A stretch of DNA of 64,000 nt from the human T2T-CHM13v2.0 reference genome, Homo sapiens. The notes below the pieces were generated by a model. It made no database searches. It worked only from the letters and a program-made list of their open reading frames with translations, and was not told the origin of the DNA. This document shows, in pieces, positions 12,076 through 26,815 of the stretch. Every line of letters begins with the position of its first letter. The stretch's first letter is position 1. The DNA lies in assembly GCF_009914755.1 (NCBI RefSeq), contig NC_060926.1; one strand, given 5' to 3'. The position numbers and the translations under genes were made by a program.

Positions 12076-15000
12076 ATGCCAATGAAATACTACCTTGGCT
12101 GAGTTCGAGAATTTGAGTTGGAGAATAAGCTTTCCATTGTCCTTGGGAACGAGTGAGTTCTTCTCTGCTCTGCGCAGGCACAGAACATCATTTCTATGAC
12201 AGCATTGTGCATATCATACAGAATTATTTGATTATTATTTTCGTGTCTTCTAGACTGTGAGCAGCTGGAGAACAGAACTTGTGCCTTCTTCATTTGGATA
12301 AAGCTCCAGTAGCCTGACCATTTTGAGTTTTCAGAAAAGCACAAGAGGAAAACTGTGGGGCCTCCCTAAGTGGACAGGTTAGGGATGAAGCCCAAGAAGA
12401 TCTGTGGGGACTGGTGCCATTCTTAACTGCCAGTGTAAGAAATGTCAGCTGTAATAGCAGTATCTGTCCACTCCTCTCGTGGAAATCACACAAGTCCAGG
12501 GCCGAGCACCAGGGCTGGATGGAAAAAAAAATCAAGGCATTTGATTTTGCTAAACATACCATTCTAGGTATGTTTAGCAAAAGGAACTTAATAGAGGCAC
12601 TTAGAGGCTTATAAAATTGTTGAAAAAACTAAGGAAGCAAAAGTCAAGAAAGTTCACTGCTAGTGTTTAAGAAAAATATAGGAATTGCAGGAGACTGTCA
12701 CGCATGGTCTCAGCTACATAAAGCAAAAAAGTGGGTGGCACTTCTATCACCATTCACAGGAGGATACCCAGAAGCACTGGCAAAACCTCAAACCCTCATG
12801 TCTGCCATCTGCTGAAGCCCGTGAGCCTTCCCACTGACCTGCTGGAGCAACAATGACTTCTGCTTCTCTCCTACCTTCCAAATCTCAGGCACAGGCTTCT
12901 CCCTGGTGGATTCTTTATAGTGAGGAAGTCTGAGAAATGTTTGTAGGCTTCCAGCCCCTGGAATATGAGAGACAGCCAAGAAGGGCAGAGACGGTACTGA
13001 TCACCAACTGTCAGCATCTCTCACAGCCTAGATTTAGACATGGTTTAAGGCTCAGACCCATCAGCAACTCTTTTTCTTGGGATGCCTATTTATCTGTGTA
13101 TTTTGCATTCACTGGGGGGCTGAAGGATTTTGATAGCCCCAGCTGAAGGCCAGAAAGCCATTAATATTCAAGCATCATGAGAAAGCGCATGTGTGTAGTC
13201 ACACACCCTCCTCAAACCAGCAAGCTCCAATTGTACAATTCGAATATGAGAATCGGGTTTCCTGTAATGGCGATCACCATGTGCTCAGATAATTTAGTGT
13301 CATAACCTTTAAATGGCCACAAGTTCTTTCTCAAAATGGTAGACTTATCAAGTCCTATTTGGATGCCATGTGATCACTTAAGGGGTGAACCTCTGAAATG
13401 TCTTAGGAGTCCTGTCAGGTCACCCCAGAGAACAGGCAGCCCCAGAGGTTGGGGAGAAAGTCCCAAACTCTCTATCCTAACAAAACTTCAAGCAGGTGAC
13501 AGGGGAACTTTATAAAAGAAAGCACATGACTTGGTCACATTTCAGCTCTGAGATTACTGGACCATTATTTCCAAACAATTACTATTAGATATGATTCTAA
13601 CCTCATAGAACTAGTCATAAGGAAATGATATCTAGGCTCACTAAGATGACTAAAATCTTACTTTCGGTCCAGTCTATCTTTGCATGGCCATGCAAATCCT
13701 TTGATAAGACTCCCTCTCATGCACCAATGCCACTGGTACCTCTGCTTACTTTGCTCACCACTTCCTCTCACCTCCAACTCACCAAGTTGAAGAAATCTAG
13801 TCCCCAAACTGTTACACCTTGTTGACACATTCACAACACTGATCTATCTAAACAAGATCAATATGGAGAAAAAAATAAGAGCCTTTAAGTGCTCTGCCTA
13901 AGCCTTGAAAATAGCTACCATCCTTAGGATCCTAGAAGGAAATGTGACTTTGAGTGCAGGATCTTGGCTACACATTCCAACTTCCATGGAGGGGCAGAGG
14001 CTCCCACTTCCCCTCCACCCTCCACAGAGGGGCAAGAGCATGGCTGGACACAAAATGCTGGGATACAGTGTTCTCTCTCTAGCAAGAGTCTTCCTGTTTT
14101 GAAGCTCTGTCTCTGGAATTACTGAGCTGTGCCTGCTCCCTCTCCTCTCGGAACTTCTCGCGGCTGCCACAGTCAGCTGCAGAGGACCTGCCTCCACTTG
14201 GAAGGAGGCATATTTGTTCTTATGGAAGGCCATGATGAAACCATGGTGGGGTTTTGAGAGGAATACCTAGGCAGCAGACTCTCATGGATACAAAATGGGT
14301 CCTTGAGGCCTACGGTAATGAGGCCAGCTCCCTGATGTAGGGGACCAGCCAGGGGCCTGGGGCAAAGCCCTAACCTACAAAACACTGATTTTTCTCCAGT
14401 GGTCCTTTGTGCCCATGATCCCTGGGGAACTGGTGGGGATGGCTGGTTGAGGATCCACTCGCTCAAGATACCGCCCAGCCACTGACATCCCAGAACTTTC
14501 ATCCTCGCCTAAGCCCAGGGTTGGGAATGAGAAAGATGGAAGAGTTGTTGGGAGGGAGAACAAGAGTGGCCACGAGGGCTGCAGCGCAGAGCTCCTGAAT
14601 GTCACTGAACTGCAGTGAAAGGCAGGGTATTTTTCATTTCCAGGCTGCAAGAAACAGATGAAGTAGGCAGAGTAGCTGGGCTTAATTGTTGCTGTTTTAC
14701 TTTACTGGTGTTTTCTGAGGTCAAGCATGTTAAGAAGCATCCTAAGGCTGTGAAATGACTGAGCAGCCCAGAGGTCCATGTGACCAAGTGCACAACTTGA
14801 TTCTGCAATCTTCCTGCCAGGGAAGCTGTTGAGATTATTTCCCAATCCCCACATACCCCCTCTTTCCCAGCACAGGAAGTCCCTCCTCTGCACAACTCCA
14901 TAGCATTGCTGAGCGATCAAGGTCAACTGCGCAGTACTGCTGAGTGATCACGGGTCTACTGTGAAGAGTAGAAGATGTGATGTGCACACAGATGCCAGGA

Positions 15001-16099
15001 AGCTCTTGCTCTGCCTCAGGCTTTATTTTGCTCAATGCTGGAGAAACAGCTGGACTCTGTAGAAGAAGAAGCTGGGAAGGTTGCATGCCATGTCCTAAGG
15101 GGGCCCACTGGAACAGTCAGCTCCCAGAGCAGCCCTGAGTTGGAATCACACCCCAGCCTAAGTTTAGCACCATACTGTCATCAGTGAACATCCTAGGGTC
15201 CTGAAACTGGGCACACTCTGGCTGGCACCACAGGGGAGAGGGCAGATGCTGGAGAAGAATCAAGCCTCCAAAATGAGCTCTGCTGGCTTGAGTGGGCTGC
15301 TTCTCCCAATACTCAGGCTCAAGTCATTGAAAAGTGACTGACAGACACCCCAGGGTTTCTCTGATTTGCTAGGTATCTCTCTCCTGCTTCTATGGACAAG
15401 GGCTCCCACCTATCTGTCACGTGTGGTATAGCTCCCCCTTTGCAAAACTCAGAGCACCAGAGGCAGGCATAAGATGAGGTCCTTGTCTTCCTAGTGGCTT
15501 TCCTCATGGCCCTGGCACTTCTACTAACAGCAGAACCACACAAATAAAGAGCTCTGAAATCTCAACACAAGACTCTGAAATTGTCCCAATTCTCTCTTCT
15601 TCAAGCCAATTGTTTAACATGTGGAGTCTACCCTGTTGGCTACCTTTCCTTCCTCGTGATCCTCCAGCTAAATTCTGATAATGCTATTTTTGCTTCCTTC
15701 ATTTCCTAAGGAAACTCCTGTGTGTAGTTAACACATACCTCCCCATCCCAAGACTGGCTGTCTTCTCTCTTTCATGTCTCAGGTACTGGCGACTTGCAAC
15801 ACTGTGAAGCCTGCCCTGACCCTTTGGCTCCTTCCCTCCCTGGCCTGCCTGCATCCCTAACCGTTTTGACTTCTCCAGCGAGTGAGTCTTTGTCCATCCT
15901 ATCCCCAGCCCATTCCAGCTTCCTCTCCTTTCCCCGAGATATGCAGGTGATGCCCACGTGTTAGTTCTGACACTAATTTCTCTCCAGAACGCCCTCCCAT
16001 GTTTTCAGCTGCCCATTCAACATTTCCACTTGGATGTTCTCACTATTGAAAAAGCATGTCAGAAACTGAACTCATGATGACAACAGCAAACAAACCCTC

Positions 16100-16300
16100 A
16101 CATTTATCGAGCATTTGAGAGTTCACAACTGGCCATTATGCCTAGTTTATACACCAGATTTCATTTAAACCATACAAAATCCTCTGCTGTAGGCCAGGCA
16201 AGCATTGCTATTCTCATTTCATAGTTGAGGGGACACAAGGCTCAGAGAAATTGCCTAAGAACAAATGGCAGAAAATTATGGAGCCAGGACTTAACTCAGT
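16100..16300 (-). mobile_element. MIR within L2-derived sequence
   Basis: TATTCTCATTTCATAGTTGAGGGGACACAAGGCTCAGAGA. Confidence 0.6.
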
Positions 16301-17677
16301 TTCTCTCCTTTGTGACTTCTCAGACCAAAGGTCCAAATAGCCATCAAATCCTGTGACATCTCTCTTCCTTCTTAATCTCCCTTGCACCAACCCTGACCCT
16401 CTACGCCACTATTCCACTCTAGGGTTGTGTCCCTAGCTGCCTGGATTATTACATGGCCTCTTGCTTCACCTTACTAATTTTATTCTTTAGCTACTTATAG
16501 TGCATCTGGAACACTGCCACCAAAATAATCCTTTATAATACTTATTTTATTTTGTTTCTCTTTCAGGAGAAAGTTTCAATGTCTCCTTCCAGCTCACACT
16601 TCAAAATAGAATGCAGCCTAGCACCACAGCCCTTCACAAAACAGCCTCACTCACTGTCCTTTGCAGCTTTACCTGACTAGACCCTCTGGTTCCTAGTGGC
16701 TATTCCAGTCACTGACTTTTGATCTTTTTCTAGTTGTTTTGTTTTTTTTTGATTATCTGTTTGATTTCTGTCTGCTCTAATCTTTATTAATTTTCTTCCT
16801 TCAGTTGTTTTAGATTTAGTTTAGTTTGCTCTTCTTTTTCTAATTTCTTAAGGTAGAAATTTAGGTTATTGATTTCAGATCTTTCTTCTTTTTAAAGCAA
16901 GGCATGTATAGCCTTAAGTTTCCCTTTAAGCAGTGCTTTACTTTAGCTGCATCTCATAAATTTGTATATGTTGTGTTTTTGTTTTTGTTTGTCTCAGACT
17001 GTTTTCTAATTTCTCCTGTGATTTCTTCTTTAACCTATTAGTTATTTAGGAGTGTGTCACTTACTTTCCACATATTTGTGAATTTCCCAAATATCCTTTC
17101 ATCATTGATTTCCAAGTTCACTCCATTGTGGTTGGAAAATCTACTTTGTATGATTTCAATCCTTTTAAACGTATTCAGGTTGTGTTACGGTCTAACATAT
17201 GGCCTATCCTAGAGAATGTTCCACGTACACTTTAGAAGATATAGTCTGCTCTTACTGGGTGGACTGTTCTATAAGTATCTATTAGGCCAAGTTAGTTTGC
17301 GGTGTTGTTCAAGTAGTTTGTAGTATTACTATTTCCTTGTTCTTCTGTCTAGCCATTCTACCTATTATCAAAAGTGAGGTATTGAAGTTTCTACCTATAA
17401 TTATTGAATGGTCTATTTTTTCCTTAAATTCAATTTTTGCTTCAGTATTTTGGGCTCTGCCATTAGATGCATATATGTTCACATTTGTTATGTCTTCTTG
17501 ATAGATTGACCCTTTTATAATTATAAAATGTTCTTGTTTCTAGTAAAAATTTTGTCTTAAAGTCTATTCTGTGCAATATTCACATGGTTCTCTTTTGTTT
17601 ACTGTGTGGATGTTACATCTTCAACATTTATCCATTTATCCCAAGCTATTTGTGTTTTTGAATCTCAAGTGTGTCTC

Positions 17678-17799
17678 CCAATAGCAAAGACATGGAATCA
17701 ATCAATTCCCATCAATGGTAGACTGGATAAAGAAAATGTGTGTGTGTGTGTATGTGTGTGTGTGTGTGTATACATATACATATACACACACACACACAC

Positions 17800-17845
<46 letters not shown>

Positions 17846-18216
17846 TGGAATACTATGCAACCATAAAAAAGAATCAGATCATGTCCTTTGCAGGAACATG
17901 GGTGGAGCCAGAGGCCATTATCCTTAGCAAACTAACACAGGAACAGAAAACCAAATACTTTATGTTCTCTCTTATAAGCGGGAGCTAAATGATGAGAACA
18001 CATGGACAGCTAGAGGGTAACAATAGACACTGGGGACTACTGTAGGGTGGATGGTGGGAGGGGGGACAGGATAAGGAAAAATAACTAATGGGTACTAGGC
18101 TTAATACCTGAGTGACAAAATAATGTGTTCAATAAACTCCTATGACACAACTTTACCTACATAACAAATCTGCACATGTAACCCTGAACTTAGAAGTTAA
18201 ATTAAAAAACATAATA
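17678..18216 (+). mobile_element. L1PA15/16-like 3' end nested in the older L1
   Basis: ORF2 C-terminus and 3'UTR (AGGAAAAATAACTAATGGGTACTAGGCTTAATACCTG); approximate TSD AAGTGTGT(GT)CT at 17667 and 18217. Confidence 0.85.
17737..17843. repeat. Compound (TG)n-(TA/CA)-(CA)n microsatellite
   Basis: Seen directly; expanded inside the L1PA fragment. Confidence 0.95.
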
Positions 18217-19213
18217 AAGTGTGTGTCTTATAGAGAGCAAATAGTTAGATCTTATTTTTCAATCCATTTTGCCACGCTCTGTTTTTTGATTGAAGTGTTT
18301 ATTCCATTTATATTCAATGTAATTAGTAATAAGGTAGGATTTATCTCTGTCATTTTGCTTTAGGTTTCTGTATGCCTTATGTCTTTGTTCCTCTATTTCT
18401 CCATTACTGCCTTCTTTTATGTTAAATGGATATCTTCTAGCATACCATTTTTGTTCCCTTGTTGCTATTTTTTTTACTTATTTTCTTAGTAGTTCCCTGG
18501 AGATTACAATTAACACCTTAATTTAAAACAGTATAGTTTGAATTAATGCCAACTTAATGTCAACAGTATACAAAAACTTTCCTCATACCTCTTTTCCCTC
18601 CTCCCCACTTTGTGTAGAGAACTGTCATACAAATTATGTCTTCATGCATTATAAGCCTATCAACACAGTTTTATAATTATTGCTTTATGTGGCTGTCTTT
18701 TAAGTTAGATAGGAAAAGCGTTACAGACAAAAATACATTTAATTACCTTTTTTGTTTACTTCTGTAGTTACCTTTACTACTGTTCTTATTTCTTCATGTG
18801 GATTTGAGTTACTGCCTACTGTTCTTTCACTGCAACCTGAAAATCTCTCTTTAGTAGTTCTTGTGGGGCAGTTCTAAAACAATTTCTCTCAGTTTTTGTT
18901 TATTTGAGAATGTTTTAATTTCTCCTTCATTTCTGAGGAATAGTCTCTACTGAATATGAAATTCTTGGTTGACAGTCTTTTTCTTTCAGCATTTTTAATG
19001 TAAATAACACTGCTTTCTGGCCTCCAAGGTTTCCAATGAGAAGTCAGCTGTTAATCTTACTGAGAATCCCTTACAAATCTCTTTTCTCTTCCTGCTTTCA
19101 AGATTCTGTCTTCATCTTTGACATTTTTACTATGACGTGTCTAGGTGAAAATTTCCCTGAGTTTATCCTGTCTGGAGTCTGTTGAACTTCTTCTATATGT
19201 AGATAAATGTTTT

Positions 19214-19492
19214 TCATAAATTTGAGGAGTGTTTGGCTATTATTTCTTCAAGCATGTTCTCCCTCCCCTTTCCTTCTGGCATGCTTATTATGCATATGTT
19301 GGCATGCTTTATGGTGTTCCATAGGTCTCTGATGTTTTGTCCATTTATATTCATTCTTTTTTCATCCTGTTCCTCAGACTGGATAATCTCAGTTAACCTA
19401 TTTGCAAGTTTATTGACTCTTTCTTCTGTCAATTTAAATCTGCTGTTGAGTCCCTCTAGTGAACTTTTCATTTCAGTTATTATACTTTTCAA
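19214..19492 (-). pseudogene. L1 ORF1p remnant (coiled coil to RRM start)
   Basis: SSLEGLNSRFKLTEERV...IRDLWNTIKHANICIISMPEG...EEIIAK is typical L1 ORF1p. Confidence 0.9.
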
Positions 19493-20184
19493 CTCCAGAA
19501 TGTCTATTTAGTTCCTTTAAATCAATAATTTTACCTACTTACTGGTATTCTTTAATTAATCAGACAATGTTCTCATACTCACTTTTGGTTTTCTAGACAC
19601 TACTTCCTTTAGTTATTTGAACATATTTTAAGCAGCAGATTTTAAAGTCTGTGTTTAGTAAGTTGAAAGTGTAAGCTTCCATATGGACAGTTTCTATTGA
19701 CTGCTTTGTTCCCCTCTTTGTAGAAGTCATGCTTTCCCATACTTTTGCATATCTCTTAATCTTTGCTGTTGTTTAAAATTAAACATTTCAATTCATATAA
19801 TGTGGAAACTATGGAAATCTTTCCCCAGGGTGTGTTTTTGCTAATATTTGTGGTTGCTGCTGATGCTACTCCTGCTTGTGGTTTAGTGACTCTCCTGAAC
19901 TAATCAGTGTAGTCACTGAAGCCTTGATTGAACAGGGATTTCCTTAAATGTTTTGAATCAATACGTCTCCCAGACTTCGCTGAGAGGCTCTGTGTGTGTG
20001 TTGGAGCACACTTTCTACACTAGCTGTTTATAACTCTGCCTCATTCTTCACTTCCTATTTGCATAGCCTCAAAATCAGCCAAAGGTGAAAGATTAGATCC
20101 TTCTTAGGGCTTTCCTGAGTATGTGCACAGTCCTACTTGTGTGCATGGCATTCTAAATTCTTAGAAATTTTTCAAAGCTTTTAA

Positions 20185-20577
<393 letters not shown>

Positions 20578-20922
20578 ATTACCATTGATATTTTTGACAA
20601 ATGCCATAGAGATATGACTGTATGAACTCGGTAAGCCTGGAGCCTGGTTAAATAAAGAGAAGCCCTAAGAATGGTGCATCTCCAGGGAGTTGCCAGACAG
20701 GCCATATAGTAATAACTCTCTGGAGATGGAGTTTGGCGTTGGCCGGGGGAGGGGGAGGGTAGGTGTTCCAACTCCATTCTGCCCCCTCTAGTGGCTGCTA
20801 GGCTGCTGATTTTCACAGCTATTGTTGTGAGGCTGTTGGTTTTTAAGACTACTGCAGAGCTGAGGAGAGGTGAATGGGAATAGGGCAAGTTAAAATCCCA
20901 CGAAGCTCTTTATTCTTAGTGA

Positions 20923-21282
<360 letters not shown>

Positions 21283-21489
21283 TAATTTCTAGAGTTAAAA
21301 AAAATGATTTTGACAATTTTTGCCAGTGTTCTTGTTGCTTTTATGGAGATGTGGTTTTTTTGGAGGTACCTACTCTGCCATTCTGGAAGTGTTACAATCA
21401 CTGACTTTTGAATACATTTTGTTCTTTGCCAAGATTCCTTTCATGCTGTTTTCCTGCCTGGAATGTTTAATTTTTACAACTACAACCAG

Positions 21490-21690
21490 TAACAACAATG
21501 ATAATGAGCAGCATTTCCTTAGCACTTCTCAGTTTGCAGAGAACCTTTTTAGTGCACAGAAAAACCATTGAGGTAGATAATACTATCCTAATTTTACAGA
21601 TGAGGAAACTAAATGACTTGTCCAAGTTCTCACAGTCAGTAAAGACTCACTCTAAGACTTGAATCGGGCCGGCTTACCAATCTCACACAT
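21490..21690 (-). mobile_element. MIR SINE
   Basis: ATTTTACAGATGAGGAAACT...GACTTGTCCAAG. Confidence 0.75.
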
Positions 21691-23249
21691 ATTCGTCTAT
21701 TTCCCACAATCTCATATTTTCCATCCAGTGGCCAATCAGTTCTCACTGTCCTTACTGAGGGTCCAATATGCTCTTCCTCATATGTTCCCTCAACCACTGA
21801 TAGAACCTCAGGCCTATTTGCCTAGTCCTGTCATTTATGAAGGGAGAAGAATCCATATTAGAAGATCTCTTTTTTTTTCTTTAGTTCTACATTATTCATA
21901 AACATAGGAGGGTAACTTAAAAGAACGTGCAGGCCCGCAGGCACACTTACCCTCCTAAGGTGTTATTAGGAGACACAAGCCATAAGAAGCAGAGATGTTC
22001 ATGCAATAGTCTAAGGATTTTGTAGAAGACTTTATGCTTCTAATCTACTTCATAAACTTCACATGAGAAATGTATTCAGAGCCAAGTAATAAGAAAACCA
22101 TGCTTATTTTGAGAAATGGATTGTTTCTCCCTTTCTAATAAGAGAGTCATGAAACCACATCTCCCTTTTCACTTTGGCTACCAGGAAACTTAGAGACAAA
22201 TATAAAGCTTAACTATAACAAATATAGTTAATGGAATTTTGGGTTCTTTTCCAAACCCAAAACTATCCACACTTTTTCTTGGAACAAACTGTTTATTTCT
22301 ATTGTATACTGTCACAAATTTATGACAAATGTACTCAGTATAAATCACCTTATTGAGATACATGACAGAAAAATAATGTAGATAGTAAGAGTAATGTTTT
22401 GGGGTTTTTTTGTTCTTGGGTTTTTTGTTTTACATTACTGAAAGAGGCTAAAAGGAACAAGAGGTATTTTCCTTCCCTTGTCTGGAGAACTGTATATGTC
22501 CTAGCCTCAGAGGTTATTATCAACTTGTCTGGCTAAAGGCAGAAGCTGCTGGATGCTAAAAGACAGCCTCATCCAGCCTTGAAGTGGGAGGAAACCAACT
22601 CAAGGAGGGAGTAGGTCTTGAGAAGGGTCCCTGAGGCTGAGAAGGGCCTGGTTTCTGGAGGTACTGTGAGTGGTGGAGGCTGGGGCTCTTCTCACAGTGC
22701 TCTGGAACTCTGAGGGATCTCAGAAGGGACTAGATGCTCCCAGCCTGAGTTCTCAAGCTCTCTTAACATGGAAACAGAGGAAACACTGGCTTGCAGACCA
22801 CATGGGCTAGGAGATGACAAGTGTGATCCTCAACCCAAGGAGCTCTTCCTCAACTCTTCAGAACTGATAAGAATCCCTGAGGCTTTTGTACAATCCTAGG
22901 TGAATGGGAGGACTCTCAAAAGACAGGCTGAATTTCCTGCCAGCCCTGCAGGTGGAAGCTTGGCACTGACTAATTTGATTTAGAGAAATAAAGAAATGTG
23001 ACATTTCTTGCACCCTACGGTTGTGGCCTGAAATTCATGCCCACCACATGGGCTATAAATAAATGAATGAAAGAATAAACAAACCCGACGCCAGAATGCC
23101 TGGGATGAATTCCCAATCTGCTGTGTATGCAACATCAGGGTCCTGTAAACTTGAACACACAAGGGCTAATGGAGAATTCAGCTAGCACAATAGACACCAT
23201 CTGTGGGGACTGTATGGGAAGGGATGGAGGTAAGAAAGCCAAAGAGACA

Positions 23250-24245
23250 GCTCCAGACCTCACAAAGCTTACAATTCAGTGCAGCACGTGTCAATAATAA
23301 AACATCAATAAGAACAGGGACCTTCATACAGCCATTGGCACATTTTTATGAAGCACTCACTGCAGATGCTAGAAGGCAAAAAGATAAAGGAGAGGATTAA
23401 GATAGGACCCAGGGGCAGGAAGAGTACAGGTGGGTGAGGAAGATATGAGAAGGGGAATAATAATATGCCAGAAAAGAGATATGTGTTATAAAAATGATTT
23501 GCCTAAAGTACTATAGAAGGAGAGTTTATTTCTGCCTGAAGACAGAGAAGGCTCTAAAGAAGATGAGGTGCTTGGGCTGTTCTTGGAAAGATGGACAGGA
23601 TTTGAGCAGAATGGGGTGGTCTGAGGGGCACTGCAGGCCAGGGGAGATGAAGATACAGGGTCCTACCTGTCACACTCAGGGCTGCAGGGGTAGAGTAAAA
23701 GTTTCATCATGGCTGTCCCTCATGGTACATGAGGATGTACGAATGAGTAGTGATGATGAGGTCAGAGAGGTACATGCATTGGTCGTGGGCAGGGCTTGGG
23801 ATCCCATGCTACGGCATTCATATTGTGAACTATAGGCAAGATGATGGGAAGAAGGTGAGCAGGGAGGGGAAGGATAAGAACCACGCTCTTGGGGGTTTCC
23901 TTGAATTGCTGAATGTGGGAATATGCATTTGAAAAGATGGAAAAGTAGTCACGGGAAAAAAGTTAAGAAGCCCATTGCAATGTCTTGGGCACCTGAACTA
24001 TAATAGAGGCAGAGGATCTCAGAGCGAATACTGGAGATGTGAGAACATTCACAGATGTGAAGCAGAGCCATGCTGAGGGGACAATGAAGAGGGGAGATAT
24101 CAAGAGAGAAACTTGATGTTTCAGGCCTGGGTAAAACAGGAAGCACAGGAAGAAGAGGATTTAGGGAAAAATGATGAGCTCAGGATAAAATGTCCTGAAC
24201 CTAAGGTCCCAGTGGACCACTCTGATGAGATGCTTAGCAGGTATC
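23250..24245 (-). mobile_element. Degraded L2 fragments
   Basis: G/A-rich antisense L2 motifs (GAAAGATGGACAGGATTTG, GATGAGCTCAGG...GAGATGCTTAGCAGG); boundaries approximate. Confidence 0.55.
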
Positions 24246-24744
24246 GTATGCAGAGAGACGTGTTATATAAGTGTGCACTCAGTTTTATACATTCTAACCT
24301 GATCTTTCAAAACTGATAAATTAGTGGAGATCCATAGTCATCCAGCAAAAGGATTCTTCACCTGAAAAAAAGCATTAATAACAGGGTACTTTAAATAGTT
24401 AGCTCCCCTGGTGAATATAAAATAGGCTTTACTATTTTTTTAAAGGTGACTTACACCTCTCTTTTCAAAAACTCATCTATTGTGTTAAGTAAAGCATATC
24501 TATGTATGAATATGGAATGAACTGGGAGACCTGAGCCAGGTAAAGTTAATCGAGGTGGGTGCTATGAAAGAAATGATGAATCATAAAGGGAATACTGACA
24601 AGATGACATCTGAATTGGTGAAGAAAAAAGAAGGAGGGCTCAGACATAGTGTGGGGTCTGCAGTCACCCTGGGATGGGAAGCCTCCCATAGTCTCCCAGC
24701 TCCTCTTTCATCCCTGGGATGAAACTACACCTGGATGGGTGGTG

Positions 24745-25653
24745 GGGAATCCAGCTCCACCCACAGCCTGGTCCATCTCCATTGATGGCAACTCCATCCA
24801 TTCATCTGTTGAGATGAAAACCTTGGGGTAGCCTTCACTCCCTTCCTCTTCCTTACTCTCCACATCCAATCCATCAGGAAATCGCACTGGTTCTTGCTTC
24901 AAAGCACATCCAGTATCTGACTCTTCTCGCCACCTCCGCTGCTGCTACCACCTTGGTTCCAGCCTCCACCGTCTCAGGCCTGGATTATTTAATAGCCTCC
25001 TAATAAGTCTCCCTCCTTCCTCCTGTGCTCTCCCAAAGTCTATTTGCAATACAACAGTTAGAATGGTCCTTTCTAAAACAAGTCAGATCATGTCATTCCT
25101 TTCCTCAAAACCCTTGAATGGCTCCCCATTTCCTTCTGAACCTAAGCCAAAGTCCCTTTTACAGCTTACAAAGCCATGCTGGATATGGCCACGGTCACCT
25201 GTCTCACCTCACCTCCTACTTCTCCCCTTTCTCCTCATCCCAGCACACTCCACTTTGGCTATACCTGACCCTTGCTGTTCGTCAGATGCTCCAAGCACTC
25301 TTAACTTGGAGCCTCTGCTTTAGTTTTCTCTGCCTGGAACATATGTCTCCCAGATATCTGCAAGACTAAGTCCCTCACCTCCTTAAGTAAGTGCTCAAAT
25401 CTCACTTTCTCACTCACCCCCCTGTAATGCTGTAGCCTGCTCCTGCCTCAGTATTCCCCCAGTCCATGCTCTTTTTCTTTCTTACTTAGCATTTACCTTT
25501 TTCTGATTTACCTTGTTAACTACGCTTATTATTTATTGGCTATCCTCCCTTGCTAAAATAAAAATGAGTGGGGTTTTAAAATTTGTTTTACTTTGTCTTG
25601 TCCATAGTAGCTCCTCAATAAATAAGGTAGGAATCAGTTAATGAATGAGTGAA
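24745..25653 (+). mobile_element. L2a 3' portion
   Basis: CCACATCCAATCCATCAGGAAATC, CCTGGATTATTTTAATAGCCTCCTAA and terminal AATGAATGAGTGAA. Confidence 0.85.
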
Positions 25654-26815
25654 GAAGAAACAGTGTAGACAAACAAGAGGGGAAAATCCACAGCTCAAGG
25701 ACTCCAGCCAAAAACACTGTGCTTGAAGATGGGAAGCAATGGATCTGGTCCCTGCAGGGGCCATGGTCTGGCTGTGGGGCTCCAGACAAGATATTAAAAC
25801 TCTCTAGGATCCTCCACATTACAAGGAAGGGATGGATCAGGTGATTTTTTTTTTTAGTGCTTTTCCATAAATTATTTAATTCATTCAACAAGTATATATT
25901 GAGGGCCTGTTACCTACTAGGTCCTGTGCATATAAAGATGATTAAGATACCACACCACACTGGTCCTTCCCACAGTCCAGAGAGAACGATCTATAAATAA
26001 AGAATGAAAATACAATATGACAGCAGATATCCATACAAGGTACAGTGGAACCACAGATACAACAGTGATGAAATCAGTGGTGGGGTGGACAAGAATAAAG
26101 GATGACCAGGGAATGGCCCTGCAGTTACAGCGTGCTCCCAGGGACCAGCACTGGAAGGCCCCACCCTCTGTGCTGTTGTCAAGTTTGCAGGCTGCCAACT
26201 TCATGTACTGTACTCTGTCAAGGCACAGTGAAGGACCAGCGACATATTTTTAGAAGACCCTTTAATCATCCAAAGATCAACTTTTTCATGTAATTGTTTC
26301 TTCATGTTCCCATTAGTAAGCCTTTTAAAGCCACAGGTTGTTATAGAAAGACAGGCCTTTTGTCCTGACACATCAGAGTTCCCAGAAATATTTGGAAGGA
26401 CACAGCAATAAAATAATACACCACTCATCTCACCCGGGCCATCTCATTGTGTTAGCAAACTCAACACACTGCCCTCTTAAAATAAACACACTGGATAGAG
26501 CTTTCTTTCCCTGAAAACTGAGGTTCACATTCAAAGCAAGTAATGTTTTCCTCTTGGGATTCTCGATTATTATCATTTACTGACACCACCACCATCTTCA
26601 CGGGGACATTGATTTATTAAGTGTCCTCTGTGCCTAGGATGTAATTCAGAGCAAGATAAACAGATGTGAAGTCTCTCCACTCTAGGAACTTGTACTTCAA
26701 TACTCCCTATTAACAGAGCACAAACTACAAAAGATTCTTCTAGAAATTACATACTGGCTACACTTGATCCCAAGCGCCTTTGGATAGACAGAAGTATAGG
26801 GTAGCAGCTATACTA

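Noticed and set aside
20779-20794. CTCF-like site CCACTAGAGGGGGCAG (minus strand) in the old L1 5'UTR
   Set aside because: Two extra G's break the core spacing; no other support
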